Assembly (NCBI GenBank): GCA_964577695.1
Contig: CAZOAL010000006.1
Location: 177,511 to 241,510, forward strand
DNA from: an uncultured bacterium
GTDB lineage: Bacteria; Poribacteria; WGA-4E; PCPOR2b
Direction: 5' to 3'
Length of the DNA: 64,000 bases
In this document: positions 50,964 to 61,344 of the stretch, piece after piece
How the letters are laid out: every line of letters starts with the position of its first letter
Numbering within the stretch: the stretch's first letter is position 1
Position numbers and translations under genes: made by a program
The notes under the pieces: model-generated
Seen by the model: the letters and a program-made list of their open reading frames with translations, nothing else
The model's database searches: none
What the model was told of the DNA's origin: nothing

Positions 50964-52177
50964 CGGGTTCCTCCGATCTCACCCATCATCCAGAGTTCAC
51001 CCAGGGAATAATCTTTAAGCCAAACTGAAAGCTGCTTTCGATCCAGGCGATGCAAATGACTCCCTGCATCATCACGTTCGCACACCACAACCGACTCGGG
51101 AATTTCCGTCAGTGAAGAGACTATCACATCGGAATAGGTGGTGACAATCAGTTGTGTCCGCTGAGAGGCATCAATCAGCAGGTCGGCGACGGTGGGTAAG
51201 AGATCCGGGTGCAATCCGAGCTCAGGTGCCTCAATACAGATCAGCGGTGGCGGCGTTGGATGGCAAAGCAGTGTGAGCAAGCAAAGATAACGGAGCGTGC
51301 CATCTGACAAGCGAGCCGCGGGGACCGGTTGACCCAGTCCATTTTCATGAACAAAGACCTGGACGGTGCCGCCGTGAATCCTGATGGTGATATCATCCAC
51401 AGCATCGTAGAATTTCCTTAGCTGTTCCAGAAGGAGTTTTCTGGATTTCGGTTGATGTTGCAAGTGGTTCAGAACCAGTCCGAGGTTGCTTGCATCCTCT
51501 AAGAGGAAGTCTTCAGGGAGATCTGCTTGCTGGGGCATCCGCACTGGTGCGTAACGTCCTAAATTCCACTCTCTGTACAATCTCATTTTGGCAAACTGAT
51601 TTGCCAGGTAAGTAATTTCTGGATACAGGTCTGGGTCTTTCCGCTGAGAAAGCACCGATTGTTCGAGGCTCAGATCTTCGCGCCGCAAATAACGGGGCAT
51701 TCTTCCTGAAGCGACACCTGCCTTTTCGTCGATATCCTTCCTCACGTTGAGGACGGGAACACCTTTCTGAAACCTGTAAAAGAAGTAAACATCGTCTGCT
51801 GAAGCCTCCGTAGCTCTCTCGTTCTCAATCACCTCGTCGACACGTTCGAGTCTCTGCCCAACCGAGGTAAAACCGATCCGGTAACGAAGAGGCATGATTC
51901 CTTCAGGGTAATCAACTGTTGCTTCGATCTCCGCGATTGGATCCGTTTCTCCTCCCTTCCAAAGCCACTCGCTAATACCCCCACCCTCGCGAATCGGCAA
52001 TGTGAGATCTCGTGGCGTCGCTCGTAGAAGCCCAATCGCTTCAAGCAGGTTTGACTTACCAGAGGCGTTGGGACCGATCAAAACATTGAGCGGTTCAAGC
52101 CGAATTTCTTCGCTCTCACTTCCAAACGAAAGCAAGTTCCGCAGTCGGAGGGTTCTGATGAATCTTTTGCCTTCCAT
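50957..52177 (-). CDS. AAA/ABC-type ATPase (AAA_21/RecF-like, OLD/AbiLi-like)
   Basis: LIGPNASGKSNLLEAI Walker A; DEPE/LHP Walker B region (LICIEAPELGLHPD). Confidence 0.6.
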   Translation of the reverse strand: MEGKRFIRTLRLRNLLSFGSESEEIRLEPLNVLIGPNASGKSNLLEAIGLLRATPRDLTLPIREGGGISEWLWKGGETDPIAEIEATVDYPEGIMPLRYRIGFTSVGQRLERVDEVIENERATEASADDVYFFYRFQKGVPVLNVRKDIDEKAGVASGRMPRYLRREDLSLEQSVLSQRKDPDLYPEITYLANQFAKMRLYREWNLGRYAPVRMPQQADLPEDFLLEDASNLGLVLNHLQHQPKSRKLLLEQLRKFYDAVDDITIRIHGGTVQVFVHENGLGQPVPAARLSDGTLRYLCLLTLLCHPTPPPLICIEAPELGLHPDLLPTVADLLIDASQRTQLIVTTYSDVIVSSLTEIPESVVVCERDDAGSHLHRLDRKQLSVWLKDYSLGELWMMGEIGGTRW

Positions 52178-52261
52178 TCTACCCACCTCTCGAAGAATTG
52201 AATATTGAAGGAGTTCTTCCAATCCTCAATATACAATATACAATCCTTAATCTTCAATTCC

Positions 52262-53524
52262 TCACATCCGCACCTGCCCATTCCCGTAGATGATGTACTT
52301 ATAGCTCGTCAACCCTTCAAGCCCCATCGGTCCCCGGCAATGCAGTTTCTGCGTACTGATGCCAACCTCCGCGCCGAGTCCAAATTCGTAACCATCCGTG
52401 AAGCAGGTACTCGCGTTGACATAGACGGCAGCCGAGTCAACCGCTTTGAGGAAGCGTTGCGCCGTTGTATAGTTCTCCGTGACAATCGAATCCGAGTGGT
52501 GTGAGCCGTAGGTTTCGATGTGTTCTACTGCTTCGTCGAAGTCTGCGACAACTCGGATGGATAGGATTTTGTCGAGGTACTCCGTTCGCCAATCCTCTTC
52601 AGTGGCGGGGAGAAGATGTGGGCAAACCTGCCGCGTTTTCTCACAGCCGCGCAGTTCTACCCCTTCGGCGGTAAACTTTTCACATAGAGATGGGAGGAAT
52701 TGGGGAGCGACTTTCTCATGGACAAGCAGGGTTTCCATCGCATTGCAGACAGCGACTTTATATCCGATTTTCGCGTTGATACAGATTCGCTCTGCCATGT
52801 CGAGGTCTGCTGCTTCATCCACATAGACATGGCAGATTCCGTCCGCATGCCCAACGACGGGGATGTCCGACGTTTTCATGATGTAACGGATAAACTCCTG
52901 ACTTCCGCGCGGCACAATCAGATCGATGAGGTCAGGCATCGAAATCATTTCCCGAACCGCCTGCCGGTCCGTAACCTCTACGAACTGAATCGCGCCCGGT
53001 ATGCCTTCCCTTTCAGCGGTTTCGCCCAAGATAGTGGCAAGCGTCGTATTCGAGCGAATCGCCTCTGAACCGCCGCGGAGGATGACGCCATTGCCGGACT
53101 TGACGCACAAGGCAGAGACCTCAACGGTGACATCCGGGCGCGATTCATAGATGACGCCGATGACCCCAATCGGGACCCGGACGGTCCCAATTCTCAGCCC
53201 ATTGGGGCGTTCCCACATCCGCGTCACTTCGCCGATTGGGTCCGGCAACGCGGCAACCTGTCTCAAATTATCCGCCATCCTCGAAATCTTCTTCTCATTC
53301 AATGCGAGTCGCTCCATCAGCGGTTGAGCGAGTCCGGTTCTCCGACCATTCTCTAAATCAATCTGATTGGCTTCCTGAATTTTCTCTTTGAATGTCAAAA
53401 TGCTATCCGCCATCGCCAGAAGAGCTCTGTTACGCACATCGGAGGAAGTTCTGGACAATTTTCGCATCGCGGCTTTGGCGGCATGGGCTTTAGAGCGGAT
53501 GGTTTCGTGAATCGTTTGGCTCAT
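52262..53524 (-). CDS. proA: glutamate-5-semialdehyde dehydrogenase
   Basis: Full-length, 420 aa, ProA-like throughout (VPIGVIGVIYESRPDVT...). Confidence 0.8.
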   Translation of the reverse strand: MSQTIHETIRSKAHAAKAAMRKLSRTSSDVRNRALLAMADSILTFKEKIQEANQIDLENGRRTGLAQPLMERLALNEKKISRMADNLRQVAALPDPIGEVTRMWERPNGLRIGTVRVPIGVIGVIYESRPDVTVEVSALCVKSGNGVILRGGSEAIRSNTTLATILGETAEREGIPGAIQFVEVTDRQAVREMISMPDLIDLIVPRGSQEFIRYIMKTSDIPVVGHADGICHVYVDEAADLDMAERICINAKIGYKVAVCNAMETLLVHEKVAPQFLPSLCEKFTAEGVELRGCEKTRQVCPHLLPATEEDWRTEYLDKILSIRVVADFDEAVEHIETYGSHHSDSIVTENYTTAQRFLKAVDSAAVYVNASTCFTDGYEFGLGAEVGISTQKLHCRGPMGLEGLTSYKYIIYGNGQVRM

Positions 53525-53536
53525 GGAATCATCTCC

Positions 53537-53923
53537 TTATGGGATTTTTATAAACAATGTCCGAATTTCAGCAATGACCTCCGCAAGAGTTGGAGCTGTC
53601 GATTCGACGATTTGTCCATCGGCTGTATGTTTATGATGAGGATAGGTTTTCAAAGCCTTCGCTCTGGGATCAGGGGCATTATCGTATCGAAATAGAAATT
53701 TATCTTTCCGCATGAAATGGTAGGAATACTTAATTCGATCAATGTCCCATTCGACATCTACATACTCCGAGAAGTGTAGTCGCGAATCATCGATGAAGTA
53801 GATATCGCCTCGGATATAGCCGATAAAATTTGAACGTTGATCGAATGTGATATTTTGACTGCTAATCTCCGCAACAGTATCCAGATTTGATAGAATCTGG
53901 TCGAAATAATCTGTTATCTGCAT
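53537..53923 (-). CDS. hypothetical protein (AT-rich; possibly the toxin-like member of a two-gene module)
   Basis: ORF; overlaps the upstream 93-aa ORF by 10 bp. Confidence 0.4.
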   Translation of the reverse strand: MQITDYFDQILSNLDTVAEISSQNITFDQRSNFIGYIRGDIYFIDDSRLHFSEYVDVEWDIDRIKYSYHFMRKDKFLFRYDNAPDPRAKALKTYPHHKHTADGQIVESTAPTLAEVIAEIRTLFIKIP

Positions 53924-54195
53924 ATTTTTAATTCATCAATCTGTTTCAACTTCTCCCTCAAACGACGCAGGACTTCGGTTTCACCTTCCCATTCCACCCA
54001 ATCAAAGTCGTCGATTTCTCTGGCAGAACTTTTCAATACTTGGAGCGAACAACCATATTTTTCCTCAAAGTGAGTCATCCGCGCTTCGGTTTTTTCGATG
54101 CCTAAGCGTAAAAAAGCTGCTTCTTTTAATAAAGCCGATTGAATGAGATGTATCGTCTCTTCGACGTTTTTTGCCTCAATTGTCAATGATGCCAT
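53914..54195 (-). CDS. hypothetical small protein (AT-rich; possible antitoxin-like partner)
   Basis: ORF in an operon-like overlap. Confidence 0.35.
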   Translation of the reverse strand: MASLTIEAKNVEETIHLIQSALLKEAAFLRLGIEKTEARMTHFEEKYGCSLQVLKSSAREIDDFDWVEWEGETEVLRRLREKLKQIDELKICR

Positions 54196-54198
54196 AAT

Positions 54199-54564
54199 TC
54201 AGTTCCCCCTTTCATCATGTTTCACAACATGGGGCAGGTCTGCAAGGCGCAATCCCTTCCCTTCGGCAATTTCCTGCTTTGCCTTCTCTATCCGCTTTCG
54301 TGTCCTGGCTGTCGGCACCTCGTCAGCATAGCGAACGGTGAAACCTTGCTCATCAACGAAATACGCTTTGACCTCACTGGGGAGTTTGCCTTTATGCTCG
54401 GCGAGATATGCCGCGTAGTCTTCCTCAAAAAGAAAGATGAGGTTGCCGTCTTTATCAGTGCGCCAACATGAAAAAGCTTCTTCGCGGACGACCTGACGGA
54501 TGATGTCGCGCAGTTCCCGCAACGTCAGATTGCCGATGGGACGGTCTAAGGCCGTCTGGGTCAT
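54199..54564 (-). CDS. hypothetical protein (122 aa)
   Basis: RBS GGAGGT before MTQTALDRPI. Confidence 0.4.
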   Translation of the reverse strand: MTQTALDRPIGNLTLRELRDIIRQVVREEAFSCWRTDKDGNLIFLFEEDYAAYLAEHKGKLPSEVKAYFVDEQGFTVRYADEVPTARTRKRIEKAKQEIAEGKGLRLADLPHVVKHDERGN

Positions 54565-54605
54565 GATACGACCTCCTATATGTGGTTGTAAATTCATCCT
54601 GAAAA

Positions 54606-55445
54606 CTAACGAGGAACACGCGGGGACGAACCACGAAAACCGAGGTTGCTGAACCAGTTGAAGGGGGTGGTCCTGACGCGACGGGCGGCGCGCACATCGT
54701 TTGGATTGCCGTCCCACGAGCTGCTACGCAACACGCGTTCAGCCCCCGACGATGGGCCTTGCGGATTCCGGTCAGGGGCGGAGATGTAGTATTTCTCACC
54801 ATACCAGTCTGCGCACCACTCCCAGACGTTCCCCGCCATGTCCATGACGCCGTAGGGACTTGCCCCCGCGGGGTAACTGCCCACAGGCGCCGTCCGATTC
54901 AGTCCCGCGGCACCGCTGTTGCACTTGCCCGCGACCCATTCATCCCCCCACGGATAAATCCTCCCATCCGTTCCCCTTGCCGCTTTTTCCCACTGCGCTT
55001 CCGTTGGAAGGGTAACTCCTGCCCATTCACAATACGCGACAGCGCCATGCCATGTCACGCCGACAATCGGGTGGTCATCCTGCCAGCCCCAGGAGGGCGC
55101 TGGGGGCATCTGCCTGGGCATCTGCCTCTTTGTCTCATTGCAGAACTTGCGATACTGGGCGACGGTCACCTCGTATTTGTAAATCCAGTAGTCGTCGAGG
55201 TAGACTTTGCGTTGAGGGAGTTCATCGCCCTGAGCCTTGTCGTCTTTGCTTTTGTCGCTGCCCATGAGGAACTCCCCCGCGGGGATGTAGACCATCTCCG
55301 CGCCGTCTTTCGGATTACGGGCGACGTTGGAATTGAGTGTGAGGGTGGTAGGAGGTTGTTTAGGACCACAGCCTCCTACCAACAGCCCTAGCAGTAATCC
55401 AATGAACATTTTGATTTGTGTGGACATAGCAATTTCTCCTTTCAA
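54606..55445 (-). CDS. formylglycine-generating-enzyme family (SUMF1/EgtB/PvdO-type) lipoprotein
   Basis: Lipobox LLVGGC; YLDDYWIYKYEVTVAQY ... GNVWEWCADWY FGE-domain motifs. Confidence 0.75.
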   Translation of the reverse strand: MKGEIAMSTQIKMFIGLLLGLLVGGCGPKQPPTTLTLNSNVARNPKDGAEMVYIPAGEFLMGSDKSKDDKAQGDELPQRKVYLDDYWIYKYEVTVAQYRKFCNETKRQMPRQMPPAPSWGWQDDHPIVGVTWHGAVAYCEWAGVTLPTEAQWEKAARGTDGRIYPWGDEWVAGKCNSGAAGLNRTAPVGSYPAGASPYGVMDMAGNVWEWCADWYGEKYYISAPDRNPQGPSSGAERVLRSSSWDGNPNDVRAARRVRTTPFNWFSNLGFRGSSPRVPR

Positions 55446-55473
55446 TTTTCCTTGTTTCAGTCAATGCCGAATC

Positions 55474-55794
55474 TCACAAACCAAGTTGCACCTTCACAGC
55501 ATCTTCTATTCTGCGCATGTCAGCTACAGACAGCCTACCTATCCGGTTCATTAAGCGCAACTTGCTTACAGTGGTGAGTTGGTCAGCCATAGCTTTGTGC
55601 CGCCTGCCATTCAGCGTCATATAGGCCTCGCTCGGATAGAGCCGATCTACGTTGCTTGTCAGTGGCACGACTTGCACGCGGTTCAAATGTTTATTTGAAG
55701 CATCGTTGCTGATGATAACTGCCGGTCGCTTCTTTCGGATCTCCCCACCAACTGACGGTTCAAAGTTGACCCACCATACTTCACCGCGGTTCAT
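55474..55794 (-). CDS. mazF: MazF/PemK-family endoribonuclease toxin
   Basis: [29 protein letters not shown] motif. Confidence 0.75.
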   Translation of the reverse strand: MNRGEVWWVNFEPSVGGEIRKKRPAVIISNDASNKHLNRVQVVPLTSNVDRLYPSEAYMTLNGRRHKAMADQLTTVSKLRLMNRIGRLSVADMRRIEDAVKVQLGL

Positions 55795-56011
55795 CGCTCA
55801 CATCTCCTATAGTTGCTTCCGACCATTCCAAAGCATCAGCTTCACGCGCTTTATCTTGGGCCATCTCCGCATAGGCAGCCTCAAAATCTTGATGAAGCAC
55901 ATAAGGACGCACCAGGTCTTCAATAAAGCGGCTGATATGGTGACGGCCTATAACCCGGTGCAAACCTTCATAGACTTTCTCGTTGATCGTGATAGTAAGC
56001 TTTTTCTGCAT
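55781..56011 (-). CDS. MazE-like antitoxin
   Basis: 77 aa; overlaps mazF by 14 bp; RBS GGAGGT. Confidence 0.55.
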   Translation of the reverse strand: MQKKLTITINEKVYEGLHRVIGRHHISRFIEDLVRPYVLHQDFEAAYAEMAQDKAREADALEWSEATIGDVSDEPR

Positions 56012-56059
56012 GATACCAGCACCTCCATTAACACAACTCATTTCCCTCCTGCGCTTCGC

Positions 56060-56125
56060 TGTCCTCATTTCCTTTATCCTTACGTTTTACGCAATACGCA
56101 ATACGTTTCACGTTTCACGCTTTCC
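56060..56125. repeat. heptamer-unit repeat (ACGCAAT x2, CACGTTT x2) between the proB start and the TA module
   Basis: Seen in sequence. Confidence 0.5.
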
Positions 56126-57260
56126 GCATCAGCACCAGGTTATCCCGATGAATGACCTCATCGTAATCGTAACGGTAGCTAAGGATCTTTTTGATTTCGC
56201 TGGTTTGTCTACCGATAATTTGAATGACCGCCTGGGTGTCATAATTCGCAAGCCCTCTGGCAAACTCAATCCCATTTTCGTCAAGGCAGGAAACCGTATC
56301 ACCGTACCCAAAGTCCCCTTCAACCTCGCGTACCCCTGATGGCAGAAGACTTTTCCCACGATGAATGAGCGCGTCACGCGCACCGTTATCCACAAACAGG
56401 ATACCTTTGGGGGGGCGAGAATAGGCGATCCAACGCTTGCGAGCTGACATCCGCTTCTGGGGCAGGAACAGGGTCCCAATCTCTTCCCCCGCTAGGATTC
56501 GGTTGACAGCCTGGGGTTCACTTCCGTTGGCGAGCACCATCATTTCACCCGAACCGGTAACAATCTCGGCTGCCCGTAACTTCGTGCTCATCCCGCCGAT
56601 GCCCGTTTCACTGGCGGTGCTTCCGGCTGAACGCTTCATATCTTCCGTAATGTTCGGAACGCGGCTGATGAGTTTCGCATTCGGGTCCTTGCGGGGGTCT
56701 GCTGTGTAAAACCCATCCTGGTCTGATAAGATAATCAGCAAGTCCGCTTCAGCGAGATTGGTCACATAAGCCGCCAGGGTATCGTTGTCACCGACCTTGA
56801 TCTCCTCGACAGCCACGGTGTCATTCTCATTGATAATTGGGATGACGTTCAGCCGCAACAGGGTACGGAGCGTGTTGCTGATATGGATATAGCGCCCGCG
56901 ATGACTGAAGTCCTCTTGTGTGAGAAGTATCATCGCTGTGGTCAGGTGATACTGTTGAAACCGGCTCTCATAAGCGTGCATCAACCAACTCTGCCCAACC
57001 GCCGCTGCTGCCTGCAATTCAGGGAGCGTTTGGGGGCGGTGGGTAAAGCCCAGTTTCCCGGAACCTGCCACGATCGCGCCAGAAGTCACAAGGATGACCT
57101 CTTTGCCTTGACCTTTCACGGTTGCCAGATTACCCACAAGCCCGTCAAGACGTTCAGCGTTGAAAACAAATTTCTGTGCAATGGTGCTCGTGCCAACTTT
57201 GACGACCACTCGCCTGATGCGCGATAACAATTGGCATCGATTATTTTTTGTCAATTCCAT
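56115..57260 (-). CDS. proB: glutamate 5-kinase
   Basis: VVVKVGTS N-terminal motif; AAK-family layout; PUA-like C-terminus; start uncertain. Confidence 0.8.
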   Translation of the reverse strand: MELTKNNRCQLLSRIRRVVVKVGTSTIAQKFVFNAERLDGLVGNLATVKGQGKEVILVTSGAIVAGSGKLGFTHRPQTLPELQAAAAVGQSWLMHAYESRFQQYHLTTAMILLTQEDFSHRGRYIHISNTLRTLLRLNVIPIINENDTVAVEEIKVGDNDTLAAYVTNLAEADLLIILSDQDGFYTADPRKDPNAKLISRVPNITEDMKRSAGSTASETGIGGMSTKLRAAEIVTGSGEMMVLANGSEPQAVNRILAGEEIGTLFLPQKRMSARKRWIAYSRPPKGILFVDNGARDALIHRGKSLLPSGVREVEGDFGYGDTVSCLDENGIEFARGLANYDTQAVIQIIGRQTSEIKKILSYRYDYDEVIHRDNLVLMRKA

Positions 57261-58539
57261 CGGCGGTGAATGTAAACTCGAATTCATCAATTTGAACTGT
57301 ATCTCCCTCTTGGATGCCGGCTTTGATTAGTGCATTGATGACGCCCATTTTTTGGAGTTTGCGGTGCAGCAAAACAAGTGCCTGATCGTTTTCCATATCT
57401 GTCATGAGAACCGCGCGACGCGGCTCTTCCCCATATACGATGAAACGCTTCCCTTTTTTGACCAATTCAAATCGTTCGCGTGGCTTAGGAATTTCAAGTG
57501 GTTGTTGCGCGACATCGGTTTCTTGTTGTTCACGGTGGCGTTGTCGAATGCGTTGCAAGCGTTGGTGCGCCGCTCGGATTAAATGGTCAACCCCTTCACC
57601 CGTCACAGCAGAGATTGGGAAGACCGGACGCTCGCCAAAATAATCCATGAGTTTCGGCAAATAAGTCTGCGCATTGGGCAAATCGATTTTGTTCAGCGCA
57701 ATCAACTGCGGCAAACGAAGCAATTGCGGATTATGCAGTCCGAGTTCCTCCTTGAGGGACTCATAATCCGCGATCGGGTCGCGCCCATCGACAGCGGCGC
57801 TGTCAATCATCAGAATCAGCATTTTCGTGCGTTCGATGTGCCGCAAAAAATCGTGTCCAAGCCCCGCCCCTTCATGTGCTCCTTCGATCAGTCCGGGGAT
57901 ATCCGCAAGCACAAAATTGTGTTCAGCGTCAATTCGGACAACCCCTAAATTGGGCGCAAGCGTTGTAAACGGATAACTTCCGATTTTCGGTTTCGCAGCG
58001 GACGTCCGCGCCAGCAATGTCGATTTCCCCGCGTTCGGGTAGCCAACTAAGCCAATGTCCGCGATTAATTTGACTTCCAGTTCAATGAGGCGTTCCTCGC
58101 CGGGCTCCCCTTTTTCAGCAACACGGGGTGCCCGAAACGTGCTGCTTTTGAAATGGGGATTTCCCCTTCCGCCGATTCCCCCTCGCGCAACGACAACACG
58201 CTGGCCGGGCTGCTTCAAATCAGCAATGATTTCTCCAGTTTCAGCGAGCCGCACAAGGGTGCCGACGGGGACTTTGACAATCCGATTGCCTGCATCCTTC
58301 CCGTGCCTGAGTTTTCCCATGCCGTGCTGTCCATCTTCAGCCTTTTGCTGCGGGTTGTATATCAGATCAATCAGCGTGCTCATTCCCTCTGTCGTTTCCA
58401 GGAGCACACTTCCCCCGCGTCCGCCATCACCACCGTGTGGCCCACCTCTCGGCACATTTTTCTCGCGGCGGAAACTAATGCAGCCGTTCCCGCCCCTGCC
58501 ACCTTTCACATGGATTTCTGCCGTATCGATCGTTATCAT
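57241..58539 (-). CDS. obg: GTPase Obg/CgtA
   Basis: N-terminal glycine-rich Obg fold (GGRGGNGCISFRRE...GGDGGRGGSV); G-domain GLVGYPNAGKST. Confidence 0.85.
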   Translation of the reverse strand: MITIDTAEIHVKGGRGGNGCISFRREKNVPRGGPHGGDGGRGGSVLLETTEGMSTLIDLIYNPQQKAEDGQHGMGKLRHGKDAGNRIVKVPVGTLVRLAETGEIIADLKQPGQRVVVARGGIGGRGNPHFKSSTFRAPRVAEKGEPGEERLIELEVKLIADIGLVGYPNAGKSTLLARTSAAKPKIGSYPFTTLAPNLGVVRIDAEHNFVLADIPGLIEGAHEGAGLGHDFLRHIERTKMLILMIDSAAVDGRDPIADYESLKEELGLHNPQLLRLPQLIALNKIDLPNAQTYLPKLMDYFGERPVFPISAVTGEGVDHLIRAAHQRLQRIRQRHREQQETDVAQQPLEIPKPRERFELVKKGKRFIVYGEEPRRAVLMTDMENDQALVLLHRKLQKMGVINALIKAGIQEGDTVQIDEFEFTFTADGIDKK

Positions 58540-58742
58540 TTTGAATCTAACCCCTCTTCATCAGCGGCGGCGTCGCCGGGCACGTTGATAGATGTTTTCT
58601 CTTGTTCCAGGAGCAGTGACAATTATTTGAGGCTTGGTCATCATGCTGTGGGAGAGTCCTCCCGGACTCGATAGCTCATCCTCGCGACCGGGAGATCGCT
58701 CCCACAGCAAATGTGAACCACTCGCGCAGCAACCTTGACGAA

Positions 58743-59486
58743 TCATTGTTGTTTGATTGCTGCCCAAGTCACCGCTAACTTGCCAACGCTATCGACAGCA
58801 AGTCCCTGTTTCGCTAACTGTTGAATTTCAGCCTGGGTCAGGGTTCTGTTAAAAATCATCACTTCGTCGATTTTCCCTTTGAAGTACCTCGCGCCACAGC
58901 ATTCGTCCCAGCCAAATTTCAAATTCGTTATCGTCTGTTCGATATGGGGAATCTCATTCGCTGCGGCATCCAGCTTGCCGGTAGCCCCGTCATAGATGTA
59001 GCTCATTGCCTTTTTGGGTTCAATGGCAATGCTGACCATCGCCCATTTTTCTTTCGGAATCTTTGGTGCGCCTTTCCAATCCCAAGTATTTGCAGCATCA
59101 TTGTTCCAAACATAAGTCAAGGTGTCATTTGAAGCGACTCCCATCCAGAATGTCGTTCCACTGCGACCCACGACAATTCCGGACCAGTCTATCGTTTTCC
59201 ACCCATTGATCCACGCCACGACGGTCACGGTGCTGGTCGTCAACTTAAATTTATCTGAAACTGTCATATGACCACCAGCGCCATCCAGTTCAATGGCACC
59301 ATTCCGCCACCCATCGTTTACAAACTTCGCCCCTTTCTCCGCCTTCGCGTCGTTTTTGCCAATCGGGTCTGTTCCATCGCCATCCAGTGGCCAATACCCA
59401 ACGAGACCGTCGGTAATGTTAGCAGCGTTGGAATAGCCGATACACACCCATAAGGCGAAAATCAGAATCATGAGTCTGTTATTCAT
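58743..59486 (-). CDS. secreted LamG-like (concanavalin-A-like lectin) domain protein
   Basis: Signal peptide; LVGYWPLDGDG...TVVAWINGW...KGKIDEVMIFNRTLT LamG pattern. Confidence 0.6.
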   Translation of the reverse strand: MNNRLMILIFALWVCIGYSNAANITDGLVGYWPLDGDGTDPIGKNDAKAEKGAKFVNDGWRNGAIELDGAGGHMTVSDKFKLTTSTVTVVAWINGWKTIDWSGIVVGRSGTTFWMGVASNDTLTYVWNNDAANTWDWKGAPKIPKEKWAMVSIAIEPKKAMSYIYDGATGKLDAAANEIPHIEQTITNLKFGWDECCGARYFKGKIDEVMIFNRTLTQAEIQQLAKQGLAVDSVGKLAVTWAAIKQQ

Positions 59487-59694
59487 TTTATTGTCTCCTT
59501 TATTAAAGTAAAACCGTCGAATCAATCATCGACGTTGATAACCGTACACACCATTTCGCTCGCTTATGAAACTGCCGATAAATTTGGTTATTAGACGTTT
59601 TGGCGCGGATTTCGGTTTACTGAACTTGGCATATTGCAATATGTAATCTTTTGAAGGCAAATCAGTGTCAAGACCTCTTAAAAGGTTCTGAAGT

Positions 59695-61281
59695 TCAACG
59701 CTTTGCTCCCAGCTTCAGCTTTTTCAGCGTGAAGGGGGTGTATTGCGACTCGCCTTCAACGATCCGGATGAACTGATCGACCGGCACGTTATGGAAGGTT
59801 TGTGTGAGTCCGGTGGTTGGCCAAAAGACCTCAAGAGTCTCGATTTTTTCCGCCACCCCCAAGCCGATTGTCTGCCTCAAGGGATTGGCACCGAAACTGC
59901 CGCCGCTGTTGACATGCTTGTAGATGGCGCGTCTGGCACCGTTCTCAATGACTTCGGCGCGGATGCGCGCCCCGATGGCCGATCGGTTGCTCCCCCCCCC
60001 CGCCCGCGGGGGGGATTTAAGGGCATCCCCTCGGCCCCCCCCGTGAACGGGGGGGGTGCCGACCAATTGAATGCTGATAAAATGATTGCCGAACCCTGGG
60101 TTTTCATACAGGACGTTGCTGTACCTGTCGCCGGGGAAGGCACCGCCCATCTGCTCGAAAACGTCCGAATCGCCATCGTTGTCAAGGTCAGCAAAGACAA
60201 CGGCATGTCCCTTCTGCAAGTGACCGAAGCCACCCGTGTATGTCACGTCCACGAACCGCCGCCCCCCCTGATTGCGGTACATGACGTTCGGCATCAGTTC
60301 CTGATAGTCCGGGTACCCCGTGCCGAGGTAAAAATCGAGATAGCCATCGTTGTCGAGGTCGCCAAAGTTGGCCCCCATTGGCGCGTTGGGGTGTATCAGG
60401 TTGTATTGTTTGGCAACTTCCTCAAACCCGCCGCTCCCATTTCCACGATATAGACAAGCCAACTCGGTTTGTACGGGCCTCCCAAGGGCGTCTGCCGCGA
60501 TCTCCGCGATGCCAGCGGCATAAGCGGACACATACAGGTCTAAGACGCCATCGTTGTCAAAGTCCCAGAACCAGGCGGGAAAGCTCTCCATCGGAAAGGC
60601 AACATCCAGTTGCCAGGCCATGTCAGTGAAAGTCCCATCGCCGTTGTTGCGATAGAGGCGATTGGGGCCCTTGTAGTTGGACACGTAGATGTCCTGCCAG
60701 CGGTCACCATCATAATCGCCCCAGATGACGGCCTTGGTAAAACCGTTGTTCTGCACACCGGCTATCGCGGCGACATCGGTAAAGCTGCCGTCGCCATTGT
60801 TGTGGAAAAGTTGGCATGGGGCGTTCAACGTCCCGGAGGATTCGTTTCCGATGTACAGATCGAGCGCACCGTCATTGTCATAATCACCCCAGGAGGCGGT
60901 CTGGGTGGGGTAATGCACCAAGCCCAAACCGGCATCGAAGGTCACGTCCGTGAACGTGCCATCCCCGTTGTTACGCAACAGGGAGTTCGGATGCCTCCCA
61001 TTTTGGCCAAGCCAGGCACCCCGTAGCACGAGGATATCGGTATCCCCATCGTTGTCATAGTCCGCTTGAATGAGGTTCAGTCCGCCATACAGCCCCAGCA
61101 GTCCGGCACGTTCCGTTTGTTCGGAGAAGGTGCCGGACTGATTGTTCCTGAAAAAATGAATCTGTCCAGCGGTGTCCGAGGTCGAAACCACGATGTCCAG
61201 ATAGCCGTCGTTGTCGAAATCGTCAGCGATGGCACCGCCCGCCAGATCGAATGTATCAAGCCCCAGACGCGGCTCGATGTT
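59695..61281 (-). pseudogene. CRTAC1/ASPIC-UnbV-family protein with FG-GAP repeats, 5'-truncated (no signal peptide or start) by the adjacent IscB element
   Basis: FG-GAP motifs DFDNDGYLDIV, DYDNDGDTDIL; C-terminal UnbV_ASPIC-like region; the frame opens directly after AT-rich junk at 61285-61344. Confidence 0.6.
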
Positions 61282-61344
61282 CGTAAAACGTGGTATTGAA
61301 TTTGTTTATAAAAATTCTATAAAAATCGTGAAATCTTATGAAAA

